From positions 1 to 64,000 of IMG/VR virus record IMGVR_UViG_3300032893_000018: a stretch of 64,000 nucleotides of DNA; one strand, given 5' to 3'. Below are positions 1-9,218 of this stretch, one piece after another. Each line of letters opens with the position of its first letter. The first letter of the stretch is position 1. The stretch is from a virus. The notes below the pieces were generated by a model. The model worked only from the letters and a program-made list of their open reading frames with translations. It did not search any database and had not been told where the DNA came from. A program made the translations under genes and the position numbers.

Positions 1-1152
1 TGGCACCAGGGCGACACGGGGGTGCAGGGCGCCCAAGGATCGATTGGCGTCCAGGGATCTCAGGGATCCACCGGCGCGCAGGGGTCGCAGGGCCTTCAGG
101 GCGCGACCGGCGGAACCGGGGCGCAGGGCGCGCAGGGCGCCCCGGGGACGGGCGCGCAGGGCGCGCAGGGCGCGCAGGGTGCGGCGGGTTCCCCGGGCGC
201 GCAGGGCGCCGCCGGGAGCCAAGGCGCGCAGGGTGACGCGGGCAACGCGGGCGCGCAGGGCAACCAAGGGGCACAAGGTCGGCAGGGCGACGCGGGCGCG
301 CAGGGGGACGCGGGCGCGCAGGGCGCGGCGGGCACGCCGGGCGCGCAAGGGTCGCAGGGCGCGGCCGGCGGGACCGGCGCGCAAGGAGCTCCGGGTGGAA
401 CCGGGGCGCAGGGGTCGCAGGGCGCGGCCGGCGGGACCGGCGCGCAAGGCGCGCAAGGCGCGCCCGGAGCGCAGGGCAACCAAGGTCGGCAGGGGTCGCA
501 GGGCGCGACGGGAGGCGCAACGCTGCTGTACACGTGGAACGGCAGCTCCCCGCCGGCCGGGTCGGGCCAGATCCGCTACGACAACGCGGCGACCCTGTCG
601 GTCAACTACACCGACCGCAACGGCAACGACCTCACGGACGTGCTCGCGACGATCAACGGCGGCGCGCTGCTCTACATCTTCCAGGAGTCGGACCCGAGCA
701 TCTTCTTCTCGTTCACCGTCGTCTCGGCTGTCGCTGGGCCCAGCTACTACACGTTCACGGTCACCCCGCTCTCCGGCCCCGGCGGGATCGTCAACGGGAC
801 GCCGATCGGGCTCGGGATCGCGTACGCCGGGGTCGGGATCGTCAACGAGATCAACGACGGCAACAGCGGCACCGCCGACACGATCGACTTCACGCAGGGC
901 CCGAACCATCTGTCGACGGTCACCGGCAACTGCACCTACACGTTCGTGTCTCCTTCGAACTCGCGGCATGTGCAGCTCCGCCTCGTGAACGGGGCGCCCG
1001 GCGGCTTCTCGTTCGTGTGGCCCGCAAGCGTGAAGTGGACCGGTGGCGCCGAGCCCGTGTGGAACACGGCGCCAGGGGCCTGCAACATCGTCTCGTTCTT
1101 CTACGACGGCACCAACTTCCGAGGCACCCTCGGCTGGCAGGGCACGTCCTGA
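1..1152 (+). CDS. Collagen-like tail fibre protein (5' end outside window)
   Basis: Long G-X-Y (GAQ/GSQ) repeat tract, then a beta-rich C-terminal domain (FVWPASVKWTGG...IVSFFYDGTNF). Frame is open from base 1. Confidence 0.8.
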   Translation, partial: WHQGDTGVQGAQGSIGVQGSQGSTGAQGSQGLQGATGGTGAQGAQGAPGTGAQGAQGAQGAAGSPGAQGAAGSQGAQGDAGNAGAQGNQGAQGRQGDAGAQGDAGAQGAAGTPGAQGSQGAAGGTGAQGAPGGTGAQGSQGAAGGTGAQGAQGAPGAQGNQGRQGSQGATGGATLLYTWNGSSPPAGSGQIRYDNAATLSVNYTDRNGNDLTDVLATINGGALLYIFQESDPSIFFSFTVVSAVAGPSYYTFTVTPLSGPGGIVNGTPIGLGIAYAGVGIVNEINDGNSGTADTIDFTQGPNHLSTVTGNCTYTFVSPSNSRHVQLRLVNGAPGGFSFVWPASVKWTGGAEPVWNTAPGACNIVSFFYDGTNFRGTLGWQGTS

Positions 1153-1177
1153 TACAGTCTCCCGAAAGGACCACCAC

Positions 1178-1600
1178 ATGATCGCATCCCTCGCGCTCCG
1201 TACGACCACGTTCACCACGACCACGTCCGCCTGCTGGGAGATGCGCACCCCGTCGTCGCTGCGCCCGCGCGTGCTCGAGCTCTCGTACATTATCTCGGGA
1301 TCAGCCCAATCCATCGGGCTCGGTCGTCCGCAGGCGATCGGCACCACGCCGGTGAACGTGCTCTTCCAGGTCGACGACCCCGCCGATCAGCCGTCTCTGA
1401 TGAACGCCTCGCTGTCGTGGGGGACGTCACCGACGGTGCCGCTGATCTACCACCGCCGGTGGAACGGCGCGGCGACCGCGGGCACTGGCATTGTGTGGAC
1501 GTTCCCGCGCGGGCTCGTGGTCCCGGTGTCGAGCTCGATTGTGCTGTGGAACATCACGACGACGGCCGCGAGCGACGTGAACTGTGTCGAAGACGAGTGA
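1178..1600 (+). CDS. Putative virion structural protein
   Basis: ATG after AAAGGA; Ser/Thr-rich beta-type sequence; tail cluster context. Confidence 0.55.
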   Translation: MIASLALRTTTFTTTTSACWEMRTPSSLRPRVLELSYIISGSAQSIGLGRPQAIGTTPVNVLFQVDDPADQPSLMNASLSWGTSPTVPLIYHRRWNGAATAGTGIVWTFPRGLVVPVSSSIVLWNITTTAASDVNCVEDE

Positions 1601-1615
1601 AAGGGCCCCCGAACC

Positions 1616-1795
1616 ATGTCCAACCCCGATTACCCCTCATTCTCCAGCGAGACGTTCTCGTCGCACGAAGACCTAGTTTCGTTCGTGAACGACTTCGAGA
1701 CGAACGACGTGAACACGATCGTCGCAATTGTGTTCACCAGCTCGGGTCCCGAAGGCGCGAACCCCTGGGTTCTCTTCTACTCCAAGAGCACGTGA
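1616..1795 (+). CDS. Small hypothetical protein (59 aa, MSNPDYPSF...YSKST)
   Basis: Hand-translated ATG..TGA filling the gap between neighbours; below the ORF-track cutoff. Confidence 0.5.
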   Translation: MSNPDYPSFSSETFSSHEDLVSFVNDFETNDVNTIVAIVFTSSGPEGANPWVLFYSKST

Positions 1796-1799
1796 TCCG

Positions 1800-2297
1800 G
1801 TGACGCTCGCCATCCTCCGCACCGAGGACGTGGTCGCGTCGATCTCGATCCTCTTCCACGCGCCGAGCTACGAGCAGTCGACATCGGGCAATGTCGGCGA
1901 CAAGCCGCTCGCGCTCGCGCTGGTCGATCTCGCCGCCGATGCGATCAAGAACCGGAAGTTCTCGCCGTCGAAGGCGCCGATCCTCATCCCGAGCCGCGAC
2001 GTGGTCGCGAAGCAGTCCGACGTGATGTCGACGCTCGCGTTCGGCGACATGAGCCCGGAGGAGCGCGGCGACCAGCAGCGGAGGCTCCGCGCGCAGCGCG
2101 GCCAGGCGGACGTGTACGCCTGGGTCTCCGTGGAGCTCCGGTCGAACGGCGACGTGCTCGTCTCGTATGACTCGGGGATGGAGCCGACGCAGTTCGTGCT
2201 CGACATGCTGCGCGACGCGCGCGCCGCGATCGAGAAGCGGAACTTCGTGCCCGACCCGGCGCAACTGGAGGCCGCTCGACTGCGGCGCGTGAAGTGA
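1800..2297 (+). CDS. Hypothetical protein
   Basis: GTG start in ORF 1728-2297; GC3-rich codons; GTGA overlap with next gene. Confidence 0.55.
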   Translation: MTLAILRTEDVVASISILFHAPSYEQSTSGNVGDKPLALALVDLAADAIKNRKFSPSKAPILIPSRDVVAKQSDVMSTLAFGDMSPEERGDQQRRLRAQRGQADVYAWVSVELRSNGDVLVSYDSGMEPTQFVLDMLRDARAAIEKRNFVPDPAQLEAARLRRVK

Positions 2298-2788
2298 GCC
2301 AGCTACTCGGCGCCGTCTCGATCCTCGACCAGGTCATCCAGGCGGATGACCGTCGTCACGCGCGCATGGTCGATCAGTTCAAGGCGGAGGCGTACGCACC
2401 GCCGAACCCGTTCCTGAAGGCCGAGTACCGGACGCAGTTCTGGCCCGGCGCGCGCGGGCTCGGCGGCGGGGCGCTGCTCGGCGACGGCGGCGACGTGAAC
2501 GTGATGAACCCGGCGTACTGGGAGCCGCCGGAGGTCACGCGCGGCTGTTCGTCCAGGTGGGGCGTGATCGGCGTCGCGCGCGACCAGTACGGATCGATCA
2601 TCGTCGGCATGACGATGAAGCTCTACCGCACGAGCACGGACGAGATGGTCTCGACCATCGTCAGCGACGGCAACGGCGCCTACCTCCTCACGACGCCGTA
2701 CTACCCCGACGCGCACTACATCGTCGGTTACAAGGCGGGGTTCCCGGACATCTACGGGACGACAGTCAACACCATCGTCGCAGCGTGA
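2294..2788 (+). CDS. Virion protein with carboxypeptidase-regulatory/transthyretin-like beta domain
   Basis: Motif GVARDQYG...MKLYRTSTD...TIVSDGNGAY. Confidence 0.55.
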   Translation: MSQLLGAVSILDQVIQADDRRHARMVDQFKAEAYAPPNPFLKAEYRTQFWPGARGLGGGALLGDGGDVNVMNPAYWEPPEVTRGCSSRWGVIGVARDQYGSIIVGMTMKLYRTSTDEMVSTIVSDGNGAYLLTTPYYPDAHYIVGYKAGFPDIYGTTVNTIVAA

Positions 2789-2791
2789 GCC

Positions 2792-3904
2792 ATGGCGATC
2801 TCCTGCGTCGGCACGAGCACGGCGTCGGGCACGGGGTCCGTCTCGCCGACCATCCTGAACGACCCGGGCGTCGCGGGCGCGTTCCTTCTCGTGGTGTGCT
2901 CGTGCGACGGCGGCGACACGTGGTCGGCGCCCGACAACACGTGGACGCAGATCCGCACCGACTTCGTCTCGCCGAACGGAAACCAGGTCGCGCTGTTCTA
3001 CAAGCGCTCGGCGGTCGGCTCGGGCACGTACACCTTCAACATCACCGGCAACCCGCGGGCGATGGGCGCGGTGCTCGCGGCCTACACGGGCGTGACGGCG
3101 CTCGCGTCGATCGTGCCGGTGCAGGAGCAGGTCATGAACGCGGACAGCACGGCGCAGACATCGCCGTACGTGCTGACCACCGCTCAGCTCACGACGGCGA
3201 CGAACCTCGTGCAGCTCGTCGTCGCTTTCGCGATCTCGCCGAACAGCGGCGTCGGCACCGACTCGTTCGCCGTGCCGCAGGGCTACACGCGACAGGTCCA
3301 GTTCACGGACGCGAGCGGCAAGAATCCCCTATGCATCTGCGACGCTCCTTTCTCGCCCCGCGGCGTGACGCCGCCCGCCACGGCGATCGACACGCGCGCG
3401 GGCGGGCCGACAGCGGGATACGCCGCGTACACGCTCGCGCTCGTCGCGGCGGGTCCCGTGTTCTCCGCGCAGCCGCAGAACGTGGTCGTGCAGGCGGGCG
3501 CGTCGACGACGTTCTCGGTGTCGGCGACGGGGAGCGGCGGGCTCTCGTACCAGTGGTACCTGAACGGCTCCGCGATCTCGGGCGCGACGTCGTCGACGTA
3601 CACGACGCCCGCGCTCGGGTTGTGGAACAGTGGCGACGACTACTACTGCGCCGTCACCGACTCCGACTCGACGATCGCGACCGACCCGGCGACGGTGACC
3701 GTGCTCGGGACACAGACGACCGTCGCGAAGCGGTCGCCGTGGGCGCGCGAGAATCTGTACGTGGCGTCGGGGTTCGACGGCGCATCGCCGACGGACGTGT
3801 ACGCGGTGCGCGCGACGAACAGCCTCGCGGACGTGATCGCGCAGGGGTCGCAGTCGCAGGACAACCAGCGGTCACTCTACTTCGGCTCGGGCACGATGCA
3901 GTAA
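2792..3904 (+). CDS. Ig-like domain virion/tail protein
   Basis: Ig-domain motif QPQNVVVQAGASTTFSVSATG..LSYQWYLNGSAISGATSSTY...YYCAVT. Confidence 0.75.
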   Translation: MAISCVGTSTASGTGSVSPTILNDPGVAGAFLLVVCSCDGGDTWSAPDNTWTQIRTDFVSPNGNQVALFYKRSAVGSGTYTFNITGNPRAMGAVLAAYTGVTALASIVPVQEQVMNADSTAQTSPYVLTTAQLTTATNLVQLVVAFAISPNSGVGTDSFAVPQGYTRQVQFTDASGKNPLCICDAPFSPRGVTPPATAIDTRAGGPTAGYAAYTLALVAAGPVFSAQPQNVVVQAGASTTFSVSATGSGGLSYQWYLNGSAISGATSSTYTTPALGLWNSGDDYYCAVTDSDSTIATDPATVTVLGTQTTVAKRSPWARENLYVASGFDGASPTDVYAVRATNSLADVIAQGSQSQDNQRSLYFGSGTMQ

Positions 3905-3923
3905 GCGCGGCATCCTGGATCCC

Positions 3924-4244
3924 ATGCAGTTCATCAAGTGCCCGGAGTGCGACCAAGGGTCGCAGGACCCGGTGAAGTTCCCGATCTTCCACGCGCCGAC
4001 GTGCTCGAAGTTCGACGGCGCGAAGGTGCCGGTGCGACCGCTCCCGCTGTTCGCGAACGACGAGGAGCTCGAGACGTTCGGCGCCGGGTTCCGGTCCGCG
4101 CTCGCCGGGCACTGCGCGTTCCGAGTGAAGTGCAGCGAGGAGCAGCTCGCGGAGTTCCGCGCGTTCGCCGCCTCGCACCGGAGCAACCTGGAGCTCGCGC
4201 GCGCCGTGCTCGACGTGCTACGCGCCGAGGGTTCCCAGGTCTAG
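3924..4244 (+). CDS. Hypothetical protein with CxxC
   Basis: ATG ORF, CPEC motif, convergent with the GT gene. Confidence 0.45.
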   Translation: MQFIKCPECDQGSQDPVKFPIFHAPTCSKFDGAKVPVRPLPLFANDEELETFGAGFRSALAGHCAFRVKCSEEQLAEFRAFAASHRSNLELARAVLDVLRAEGSQV

Positions 4245-5632
4245 ATCATCCGCTGGCCGGGCAGTCGCCCGTCGTCGTCCTTGAGCGACACGAGCGCGGC
4301 GTGCACGTACGGCACCTTCCCGCGCTCGGTGAGGAGCCGCGCGGCCATGAATCGCTCCGTGGTGTTGTCGATGTACCGCGCGAGGCGCTGCTCGGTGTAG
4401 TAGCGGAACGAGTCCTCGACCCAGTAGGAGCAGTGCGTCGGGTCCTGATGCGCACCGGGCCCGCACCCGTCGGGCGTCGACGACAGGAGCCAGCCGCCGG
4501 GCGCGAGGCAGCGGTGGAGCTCGCTCATCGTGTGGAGCTTGTTCGGCAGGTGCTCGAGGAAGTCGACGGCGCGGAAGGCGCCGATCGACGAGTCGGGAAA
4601 CGGCCACGGCGTGCCATGCACGCCGAGCTGTCCGAGAGGGATCCCGGCATCGCGCCACGCCTTGTCGGCGAGCTCCAGGGTTTCGGGTGGCGCCCTGGTA
4701 CACGCGATCCATGCAGGCCACGGTAGCGCTGCGTCGACGGGGATCCACGGCGCGCCGGGCGTCCCGTGCGCGCCGCCGAGGTCGAGGCACGGCAGGCCGC
4801 GGAGCGACATCTCGCGCTCGACGAGGGCCTGGAGCCGTCGCGCCTGCATCTCGGCGCTCGCCGCCTGGATGTTCGGGATCTGCTTCGCCCACGTGTTCGC
4901 GCCGGGCGCGACCCGGTAGAAGTACAGCACCTCGGGGATCTTCCGCATGCGCCCGGCGAGGTACGTGCGCTGCAGCAGATCGAGGTCGTCGCACACCTTC
5001 AGCGACGCGTCATGCCCGCCGATGCGCTCGTAGAACGAGCGGCGCCACGCGCGGAGGTGGTTCGGCGCGTAGCTGATGAGCGAGACCGAGAGCGCGGACG
5101 GCTCGAACGTGATCGGGTACACGAGCCGCTCGGCGCCGACGTGCGCGCGGAGGTTCTCCGGCACGTCGCAGTCGGCGAAGCTCCAGTTGCACGTGAGCCA
5201 CGACGCCTTCACCGCGGGGTCGTGGTACGTGACGCGGAGCCCCGGCGGGTCGGAGAAGTCCGCGCAGTCGGAGTAGACGAAGTCCACGCCGGGGTCGACG
5301 AACGCCTCCGCGACGCGCGCGAGCGCATGCGGGTGCAGCATGTCGTCGTGGTCGAGCTCGAGCACGACGTCGCCCCCGGCGAGGCCGAACGCCACGCCCT
5401 TCACGGCGCCGACCGAGCCGCCCGTGCGCAGCATGGAGCGGTGCACGATCACGCGGTCGTCGACGTCCGCCAGGCCGAGGTTTCGATCCGACGGCGCCGG
5501 GGGGCCGTCGGGGTCGATGTTGTTCAGGAACACGCGCCATTCGAAGTCCGCGTGCGATTGCGCGCGGAGCGAGTCCCACGCCTGCTGCAGCCACCGCAGA
5601 TCGTGCGTGGGCGTGATGACGCTGATCTTCAC
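4241..5632 (-). CDS. GT2 glycosyltransferase fused to class I SAM methyltransferase
   Basis: KISVITPTH, ELDHDD (DxD), RIGGHD..LKVCDDLDL; C-terminal LDLGGA, DFLEHL, LAPGGWL, HQDPTH. Confidence 0.85.
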   Translation of the reverse strand: MKISVITPTHDLRWLQQAWDSLRAQSHADFEWRVFLNNIDPDGPPAPSDRNLGLADVDDRVIVHRSMLRTGGSVGAVKGVAFGLAGGDVVLELDHDDMLHPHALARVAEAFVDPGVDFVYSDCADFSDPPGLRVTYHDPAVKASWLTCNWSFADCDVPENLRAHVGAERLVYPITFEPSALSVSLISYAPNHLRAWRRSFYERIGGHDASLKVCDDLDLLQRTYLAGRMRKIPEVLYFYRVAPGANTWAKQIPNIQAASAEMQARRLQALVEREMSLRGLPCLDLGGAHGTPGAPWIPVDAALPWPAWIACTRAPPETLELADKAWRDAGIPLGQLGVHGTPWPFPDSSIGAFRAVDFLEHLPNKLHTMSELHRCLAPGGWLLSSTPDGCGPGAHQDPTHCSYWVEDSFRYYTEQRLARYIDNTTERFMAARLLTERGKVPYVHAALVSLKDDDGRLPGQRMI

Positions 5633-6258
5633 GAGCCGAGCATCCTCGGCGACGGCTTGGCGCTTGCGGCTGTTTGGGAGGGGCCCGCGATCGGTGCCGC
5701 GTCGAAGAAGAACATCTGAAACAGCCGCCCGTTGCCGCCGTCCGTCCCGAAGTACTCGGTCGCGCTGTGGATCATGCGCGCGTCCCACACCACGAGCCGA
5801 TTGAATACGTTGCCGACGCGGTCGACCTCGTCCCACTTCGTGCGGTCGAGGAGGTGCGCGCCGCCCGCACCGTACACGATCGCCTCCTCGGCGCCGTCGC
5901 GAACGTCGGTCGCCGAGCGCGCGCCGAGCTCCTTGTCGGCGAAGAACGAGATCCCCGACTCGAACGGCGCGTTCGGCGTGAGATACACGCACGCGGCCCA
6001 GCGCTGGCCGTCGGAGTGGTACACGCGCTGCGTGCCGGCGACGCAGAGCTGGAAGCACCAGTAGCCCTTCCCGACGCGGTGGCGGATGAGCTCGACCATC
6101 GCGACGGCGAACCCAGGCGCGATATCCATTTCCGGACCGCGCAGGCCCTTGTGCCGGTCAGGATGCTCCTCGACGTTGGTCTTGAGCGCCGCTTCTCGGA
6201 CCTCCATCGGGTTCGGGTAAAAGTCGTCGACGACCACGATCCGGGGGGTGATGTTCAT
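5629..6258 (-). CDS. 2OG-Fe(II) oxygenase-like protein (DUF6445-like)
   Basis: VVVDDFY start, HSD (HxD), VYLTP, NVFNRLVVWD..MIHSA, RLFQMFF. Confidence 0.75.
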   Translation of the reverse strand: MNITPRIVVVDDFYPNPMEVREAALKTNVEEHPDRHKGLRGPEMDIAPGFAVAMVELIRHRVGKGYWCFQLCVAGTQRVYHSDGQRWAACVYLTPNAPFESGISFFADKELGARSATDVRDGAEEAIVYGAGGAHLLDRTKWDEVDRVGNVFNRLVVWDARMIHSATEYFGTDGGNGRLFQMFFFDAAPIAGPSQTAASAKPSPRMLGS

Positions 6259-6427
6259 GGCCGGGAGTCATGCCGCACGCGCGCGATGCCGCGGAGCGTA
6301 GGCGCCGCGGTGGTGAGTGCCCGTGGGGCAACCTGGGGCGGCGTGGGAGTCACGCCCGCGGCACTCGGGGAACGGTTGGTTCGACGGCACTCGCGACGCC
6401 CGACTTCGGCCTGTTAGACTCCCTTCC

Positions 6428-6895
6428 ATGACGTTCCTCGCGCACCTCCGAGAACAGCTGAACGCGATACAACCCGGGCTCTTCAACGCGCTGCTCGCGC
6501 TCGTCTTGATGCTCTTGATCTGGGTGTGGCGAAAGGCGTCGCCCGCGACGTTCGACAAGCTGCCGCCGTCACTGCAGGCATGGCCCGCGCTCGCCGGGGG
6601 CGCCGTGCTCGCGGCGCTGTCGACGAACATAAGCGTGCCGCCGTTGCAGGTCGCGGTCGCCGCGCTCGCGCAGTCGCTCGGCGGCATCGTGTCGGGCATT
6701 GCCGCGGTGGGCACGCACCGCGTGCTGAAGGAGTCGCCGTTCCCGTACGGCGGGAAGTCGCAGCCGCCGAAGAGCGGTGGCGGTGGCGGCCCGGTGATGT
6801 CGATCCGGCAAGACTTCCGCGATCACGACCCGGACCGCATCGCGAAGCAGTTTCGAGACGACCTGATGAGGGTGCTCGGCCGGGGGCCGGCGTGA
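6428..6895 (+). CDS. Holin-like membrane protein
   Basis: About three hydrophobic segments and a charged C-tail. TAGACT (6415-6420) lies 7 nt before the ATG, suggesting a leaderless mRNA. Confidence 0.5.
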   Translation: MTFLAHLREQLNAIQPGLFNALLALVLMLLIWVWRKASPATFDKLPPSLQAWPALAGGAVLAALSTNISVPPLQVAVAALAQSLGGIVSGIAAVGTHRVLKESPFPYGGKSQPPKSGGGGGPVMSIRQDFRDHDPDRIAKQFRDDLMRVLGRGPA

Positions 6896-7176
6896 GCGAG
6901 GAAGCGACCACGATACCGCCCGGTTCTGCGCGCACGCCGCGGCGCCGCATGCTGCGCGCAATCGCGTACCAGGGCGGGGCGATCCGCGCGCTCCGCGATC
7001 AGGTGGTCGGGTCGATCAAGGGGCTACACGGCGCCATCCAGGAAGGCGATGCCGACATCGGGCAGAAGCTCGACGACATCAGCCAAAAGCTCGACAAGCT
7101 CCTCGGGCTGAAGGACCGCATCGAGAAGATCGAGGCGCACGTGGGGCTCCATGTCGACGAGACGCAACGGATCTAA
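6892..7176 (+). CDS. Coiled-coil hypothetical protein
   Basis: GTGA overlap; heptad-like QKLDDISQKLDKLL. Confidence 0.5.
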   Translation: MSEEATTIPPGSARTPRRRMLRAIAYQGGAIRALRDQVVGSIKGLHGAIQEGDADIGQKLDDISQKLDKLLGLKDRIEKIEAHVGLHVDETQRI

Positions 7177-7510
7177 CGGCGAGCGGCCCCACGGCGGACG
7201 CGACGCCGTCGACGACTTGCTCGCCCGCGCTGACGCGGAGCTCGAGCAGGCGGCGGCGGAGGAGCCCGGCGTCGACGAGGAGATCACGGGGCTCCACGAC
7301 CGGCTGAAGCTCATCGAGGCGGGCCGCGCCCCGATGGCGTCGCAGCCCGAGGTGCACATTCACTTTGACAAGCCGGAACCGCCCGCCGACTCGCTCGACC
7401 CCGAGAAGCTCCGCCCGACGCGGTGGGGCAAGCTCGTCGCGTCGATGATCCTCGCGGGCGCGTCCGTCGCCGCCGCGATCAAGGCGGCGTGGGCGCTCTT
7501 CCACGGGTGA
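7151..7510 (+). CDS. Hypothetical protein with C-terminal TM helix
   Basis: Hydrophobic C-terminus LVASMILAGASVAAAIKAAWALF. Confidence 0.5.
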   Translation: MSTRRNGSNGERPHGGRDAVDDLLARADAELEQAAAEEPGVDEEITGLHDRLKLIEAGRAPMASQPEVHIHFDKPEPPADSLDPEKLRPTRWGKLVASMILAGASVAAAIKAAWALFHG

Positions 7511-7514
7511 GCCG

Positions 7515-7796
7515 ATGCCGGGGGCGAAGCGACGGAGCAGCAGCGGCGCGATCAGGCTCGCGGCTCGCGACGCGCTGCCGAGCGAGGACCGGTCGACGCT
7601 CGTGCCGTGCCCGGTGTGCGACGGCGCGAAGATGGTGCCGAAGCTCGTGAAGGGAACGACGCGCTACCGCGCGGCGAAGTGCCGATGGTGCGACGGGCAC
7701 GGGTGCGTCGACGCGGAGCAGATGATGGCGTGGGTGCGGTGGCAGCGCATGTCGAACCGCGCGAAGGCGGCGGGGCGCGTGTGCATGCTCAGGTGA
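7515..7796 (+). CDS. DnaJ-type Cys-rich zinc finger protein
   Basis: CPVCDG and CRWCDGHG motifs. Confidence 0.55.
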   Translation: MPGAKRRSSSGAIRLAARDALPSEDRSTLVPCPVCDGAKMVPKLVKGTTRYRAAKCRWCDGHGCVDAEQMMAWVRWQRMSNRAKAAGRVCMLR

Positions 7797-8020
7797 GGCT
7801 CGCGACCTACTCCGGAACGCTGCCGCGCCAAGCCGGGAGCGTCTCACCGAATGAGTACGTCGCGCTCTCGATCGCGAAAGCATGATCGCCGGGACACCGA
7901 AGGAGCGCTCTGCCCAGGAGCTGCATGAAGACGTGGCGAGTGTCCGACTCGCTGAGCGGGACGGGATCCGCGCGAGCTGCCGGCGGCGACTGCTTCAGGG
8001 ATGCCACGGGAATGCTCCAC

Positions 8021-8521
8021 CTAGGAATGGCAGTCCACGACGACGCATCGGCCGGGCTGCGCGAGCATCATTCGGACCGTCGCCTCGTGCTCGGGATTCG
8101 CAACGAAGGTTTTCCCGTTCCACGACTCGCTCACCGAGCTTTTCCCTTTCGCGGCGATTGCGTGCGGGATGCGGTCCGGAGTGAGGCTTGCCAGCGCTTC
8201 GGCCGTTGTGAGCACGTCGCCTTCATGCGGAGCGCGGTCCGTTGACCACACCGCGGCTCTTCCTTTGCCCTGGCAGCCGTTGCATCCGTTCGCGACGCTC
8301 ATATCGCGGCGCCTCCCGGTGCCGCCGCATAGGTCACACGTCTTGATGTTCTTCGGATCCGTGTCCGGGTCGTAGCCGTCGAACAGCCCCGTCCACCGAC
8401 CTCCGATCTGGAACCAATCCCAGTCGAGCTCCGACTTGACGGCGCGCTGGCTCATGACGGCGTCCACGTGCTTCGCGACGTCTCCGTTCTCCGGTATCAC
8501 GACGAGTGTTAGGTAGTGCAT
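8021..8521 (-). CDS. Hypothetical phage protein with CxxCxGxG zinc finger
   Basis: WDWFQIGGRWTG, CDLCGGTG, CNGCQGKG, C-terminal VVVDCHS; AGGAG RBS. Confidence 0.7.
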   Translation of the reverse strand: MHYLTLVVIPENGDVAKHVDAVMSQRAVKSELDWDWFQIGGRWTGLFDGYDPDTDPKNIKTCDLCGGTGRRRDMSVANGCNGCQGKGRAAVWSTDRAPHEGDVLTTAEALASLTPDRIPHAIAAKGKSSVSESWNGKTFVANPEHEATVRMMLAQPGRCVVVDCHS

Positions 8522-8595
8522 GATTCAGGTAGCTCCTCTCAAAAGATTCAGACGTTCACGAGACGCGGTCTCACGGACAGCCGTTACCCACTGCT

Positions 8596-8934
8596 TCACG
8601 GTTGCACCGCAGATGTTTTCGGCTTGAGCAACGTGGTCCCGCTCACCGTCGCGAGTCCCATCTGAAGCGCCCACGCCGGATAGCCGCGGAGATGGTCGCC
8701 CGTGTGTTCCCAGCCGCCGCACAACTCTACCGCCACAAGCTCAACGAACCCGACCGGTTCTAGTTGCAGCGCCGCACACACTGAACAGTAGCCGAACGAG
8801 ACGGCGCCATAGGGACTGCTCGCGACCATGACGAGCGGGCGCAGCTCGCAGACCTGACAGAGCGATTCTATAGGTGGAGGGTTTGCCCCCTCCGTGACGG
8901 GTTGCTCTTGGTTTGCCATGTTCTGATGCTTCAC
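8596..8934 (-). CDS. Hypothetical zinc-binding protein
   Basis: CQVC and CSVC motifs; overlaps the upstream gene stop. Confidence 0.5.
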   Translation of the reverse strand: MKHQNMANQEQPVTEGANPPPIESLCQVCELRPLVMVASSPYGAVSFGYCSVCAALQLEPVGFVELVAVELCGGWEHTGDHLRGYPAWALQMGLATVSGTTLLKPKTSAVQP

Positions 8935-9218
8935 GAGTGCCGGTCCTTTCCGAGCTCTTGCATCTTGCGCACCAACGGGTCGTCCTTTCCGTATCGGTGC
9001 TTGCCGCGATGATCGAGGCGCAGCATGCAGTCACGCTCGGGACACGGCTTCGTGTCGTCGTGGTCGATGTCTGCCATCTCCAGCGGAGACGGGCGCCTAC
9101 CAATGCGGAACAAGTCCCACAAGGTCCAGCGAATAAAAACTGACCGCGCGTAGATTGAGAGCAGCCACTGCTTCATTGCCGAACGGCTGCTCGCGCGGAT
9201 CCCGTCCCGCTCACTCAC
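8931..9218 (-). CDS. Hypothetical protein (start crosses the right inverted repeat)
   Basis: GTG overlapping the J-protein stop; MSERDGIRASSRSAMKQWLL... Confidence 0.45.
   Translation of the reverse strand: MSERDGIRASSRSAMKQWLLSIYARSVFIRWTLWDLFRIGRRPSPLEMADIDHDDTKPCPERDCMLRLDHRGKHRYGKDDPLVRKMQELGKDRHS

Larger units (their letters stand above)
7953..9213. repeat. 25-bp perfect inverted repeat pair (7953-7977 / 9189-9213) bounding a lower-GC cassette
   Basis: TGAGCGGGACGGGATCCGCGCGAGC and its exact reverse complement. Confidence 0.85.
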
